Shown here one piece after another: positions 61,471-64,000 of a stretch of 64,000 nucleotides of DNA. Position 1 is the stretch's first letter; every line of letters begins with the position of its first letter. The position numbers and the translations under genes are program-made. Below the pieces are notes generated by a model, which did no database searches, was not told the DNA's origin, and saw only the letters and a list, made by a program, of their open reading frames with translations. The DNA is taken from assembly GCA_017628025.1 (NCBI GenBank), contig JAGBZX010000033.1:13280-77279 (forward strand), written 5' to 3'. Source of the stretch: Kiritimatiellia bacterium (GTDB lineage Bacteria > Verrucomicrobiota > Kiritimatiellia > RFP12 > UBA1067).

Positions 61471-63954
61471 TTATTTAAAATATATCGTCGAAGGCTCCAC
61501 GCCCTCTGCCGACGCTGTAAGGACGACTTCGCCTGGGGCAGTACGCCTTATGACAAGTCCTGCTCTACCGCCAAAAAGCGGATGAGAAGCGACTTCCTTA
61601 AACGAATCATATCCGTGCGGATCAGAGTTTCCTACCGCGACAATCTTCGCATTACCTTCTATCTTAAAGTTTACGCGCCGATTATCACGAGGAACTTTAA
61701 CACCAAATCTGTCTTCTAAAGTAACTTTAATATACAAAAACTCTTCTATGTTCTGAGAGAGGACCTTAGACTCACTTTCTAGAACTACGCGAGCAGGCTG
61801 CATAGCAGTTTTCAAAACTTTCTCCCCTAGGCGCTTACCCGACTCATCTAATGCTACAGCTTTTATCTCGCCTTTTTGCCACTCAACATTATTCCATATT
61901 AAACGATAGCGCGGCATACCACCGTAGTAGCCATAGCGTAACGACGCCTTTTTATTTTTTGTCTTAACGCCTTGAGAGACACCATTAACGAAAAGCTCTG
62001 CCGATGGTGCGCTAGTATAAACATACACTGGCAGTTTCTTCTCTGAGCGGTATTCGAAATTCCAGTGATCAGGAACTATATGCAAAGTAAAAGCATCTTT
62101 ATTCCAGTATGATCTATAAAGATAAGCTCTGTCTTTTGGAAATACTAACAAATCAAAAATGCCATAGTAGGAACTTCTTGAAGCCTTGCCAGGGGGAACG
62201 GGGATTTTCGTATGACTAATATTCCCGTGAGCATAAGGAGTAGGTTCGCCAAGATAATCAATACCAGTCCACACAAACTCTCCGCCCATGTAAGTGTCGA
62301 CTTCGGTTTTCTCAAATTCGCGATCAGGTATATCACTCCACGGTGAGGCATTTCTATCATAGGAATCGACACGAAGTGAGGCAATTGCATAATCTGTTTT
62401 ATTAGTTGGCAACTTATCAGCATAGAAACCATATTCAGAGCACGCTGAGGCTGATTCAGTATAAAGAACTGGCAAATGCGGGTATTTACGGTGCATAATA
62501 CGATACTGAACGCCATAATTCCACCCCGATATATCAAGATTATTGTAGTGACCTAATTCGACAGCCTCAGAAAAACAACTACCAATTCCTACGGGACGAG
62601 TAGTATCAAGCTCACGAATTGCATTTCTAAATCTTGTGCAACGCTCAGCAGTCGTGCCAATAGTTGATGGCATATCCCATATTTCTTGACCGGGAGCAAA
62701 CCCGCCGCCAGGGGGGATTTCATTGCCAATTGACCAAACAAATATCGAAGGATGATTGCGGTCGCGGCGAACAAACTCCTGAAGTTTTGTTTTGACAAAA
62801 TCCTCTAGTACCTCATCACCACGGGCAGTCGTCTGATTCCATTTATCAAAACATTCGTTCCAAACAAATATGCCCATTTCGTCGCACAAATCTAGCGTTT
62901 CTGGAGAAACTGGATTGTGAGCAGTTCTAATAGCATTAGCACCCATATCAAGCATCTTCTCGAGTTTGCGACGCATAACTGAACGGTTGTAGGCAACACC
63001 TAGAATCCCTAAATCAGAATGAAGACACACGCCTTTTAATTGGACACGCTTGCCATTTAAAATAAAACCGCCCGCTGGATCAAACTTAAAAAAGCGAAAT
63101 CCAGTTCGCACCATAACCTCGTCTTCAGCGTCCTGAGCAGAAAGCACTAATTTTACTTTGTAAAGTTTTGCATTTGAACCCAACGACCATAACTGTGGAT
63201 TTTTGACTTTTGCTGAAAATGAAAACTTCTCCTCTGCACACTCATTTAGTTTAAGCTGCTTTTCTAAAGAAAGAACCTCTTTGCCGTCTGGAGCTAGAAG
63301 AATCATTTTAAGTTTCGCACTTGTGTCATCTAGCCTACGACTAATCACAACGCCCTCAACTTTTAATGTTGCATTCGACTCTGAAACATTTTCATGAGAA
63401 ACAAAAACATCTTTGCTACTTATATACACTTCTGCTGTCTCTATTTTCCTCACGCGGCGATACATGCCAGCACCTGGATACCAACGAGAGGAAAGTTTCG
63501 TTGTATCTGCTTTTACCAGTATTGTATTAGTGCCGGCAAAAACATAAGCCGTAGCATCAGCACACATACCAAGATAACCATATTGCTGACGTGCGCACGG
63601 CTGATTATTAACAAAAACCGTCCCATCACACATCACACCATCAAAATCAAAGAATAAACGCCTACCATTAAGAGGTTTATCTATTACGAAGTTTTTGCGA
63701 TAATACCCTACTCCCTTCCAAGGCAACTTACCAGTATTTGGGTCGCCATTAGGCTCAAATGGCCCTTCTATAGCCCAATCGTGCGGCACATCTACTGCTT
63801 TCCAAGTTTTGCCATCGCGAGAAAACTCCCAGCCATCATTGTAACTTTCAACTCGTCTACCAGTCAGAGTAGTGGCGGCAAATAAATCAAAGACAAAAAC
63901 TAAAAAAGCAAGGGCCAATAAAAACTTAGCTCCTAGTTTGATTTTAGAATACAT
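61471..63954 (-). CDS. Glycoside hydrolase family 2 (beta-galactosidase/beta-glucuronidase-like), secreted
   Basis: 827 aa with a signal peptide. The GH2 acid/base region is WSIGNEI. Sugar-binding, Ig-like and TIM-barrel domains are arranged in order. Confidence 0.75.
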   Translation of the reverse strand: MYSKIKLGAKFLLALAFLVFVFDLFAATTLTGRRVESYNDGWEFSRDGKTWKAVDVPHDWAIEGPFEPNGDPNTGKLPWKGVGYYRKNFVIDKPLNGRRLFFDFDGVMCDGTVFVNNQPCARQQYGYLGMCADATAYVFAGTNTILVKADTTKLSSRWYPGAGMYRRVRKIETAEVYISSKDVFVSHENVSESNATLKVEGVVISRRLDDTSAKLKMILLAPDGKEVLSLEKQLKLNECAEEKFSFSAKVKNPQLWSLGSNAKLYKVKLVLSAQDAEDEVMVRTGFRFFKFDPAGGFILNGKRVQLKGVCLHSDLGILGVAYNRSVMRRKLEKMLDMGANAIRTAHNPVSPETLDLCDEMGIFVWNECFDKWNQTTARGDEVLEDFVKTKLQEFVRRDRNHPSIFVWSIGNEIPPGGGFAPGQEIWDMPSTIGTTAERCTRFRNAIRELDTTRPVGIGSCFSEAVELGHYNNLDISGWNYGVQYRIMHRKYPHLPVLYTESASACSEYGFYADKLPTNKTDYAIASLRVDSYDRNASPWSDIPDREFEKTEVDTYMGGEFVWTGIDYLGEPTPYAHGNISHTKIPVPPGKASRSSYYGIFDLLVFPKDRAYLYRSYWNKDAFTLHIVPDHWNFEYRSEKKLPVYVYTSAPSAELFVNGVSQGVKTKNKKASLRYGYYGGMPRYRLIWNNVEWQKGEIKAVALDESGKRLGEKVLKTAMQPARVVLESESKVLSQNIEEFLYIKVTLEDRFGVKVPRDNRRVNFKIEGNAKIVAVGNSDPHGYDSFKEVASHPLFGGRAGLVIRRTAPGEVVLTASAEGVEPSTIYFK

Positions 63955-64000
63955 CTTGAACTCTCTTTTTAAAAACTAAGACTGCTTATCTCGCGGATCA

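Noticed and set aside
62145-62798. Alternative-frame minus ORFs 62145..62537 and 62589..62798
   Set aside because: They are nested in other frames of the GH2 gene. They are hydrophobic, low-complexity translations with no independent support.

Overview
Bacterial chromosomal segment of about 64 kb, roughly 42% GC by eye, very gene-dense. Every gene and tRNA I can support lies on the minus strand (about 58 CDS and 3 tRNAs); all plus-strand ORFs in the track look like shadow frames. From low to high coordinate the window holds the following. (1) tRNA-Glu and tRNA-Leu with a hairpin terminator. (2) A roughly 10.5 kb type-II-FAS/PKS-like lipid cluster at 353-10892, with overall resemblance to aryl-polyene/flexirubin/xanthomonadin-type loci. 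It is unusual in three domain fusions: KS-dehydratase, adenylate-ligase-dehydratase, and MMPL exporter fused to an LpxL-like acyltransferase. (3) Housekeeping genes: panC, nfo, coaX, nadC, purB, tkt, secY, purD, scpAB, uvrA, dapF, prc, dxs, def and dut. (4) Secreted carbohydrate-active and phosphatase genes (GH clan-A enzyme, PhoA-like, GH109-like, GH2 beta-galactosidase) with galK and a FucP-like MFS permease. (5) A truncated V-type ATPase locus containing only E, a hypothetical and A, with no B, D, I or K. (6) A 1174-aa secreted beta-helix repeat protein with Pmp-like GG[AVS]I motifs. Its near-consensus sigma70 promoter (TTGACA-N18-TAAAAT) carries a G10 homopolymer inside the spacer, which is a candidate phase-variation switch. 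(7) A transcription-factor/acyl-CoA synthetase fusion (XRE HTH-cupin-AMP-binding). (8) Three 45-bp tandem repeats, made of six 22-bp half-units with phased T-tracts, in a 400-bp intergenic region. I found no CRISPR array, IS element, integrase or rRNA. Several traits hint at a PVC-like lineage, but this is inference only: Pmp-like repeats, W-G-x-DTSW-x4-NW motifs, a TAT-signal GH109 enzyme, a V-ATPase, and a strong one-strand gene bias.
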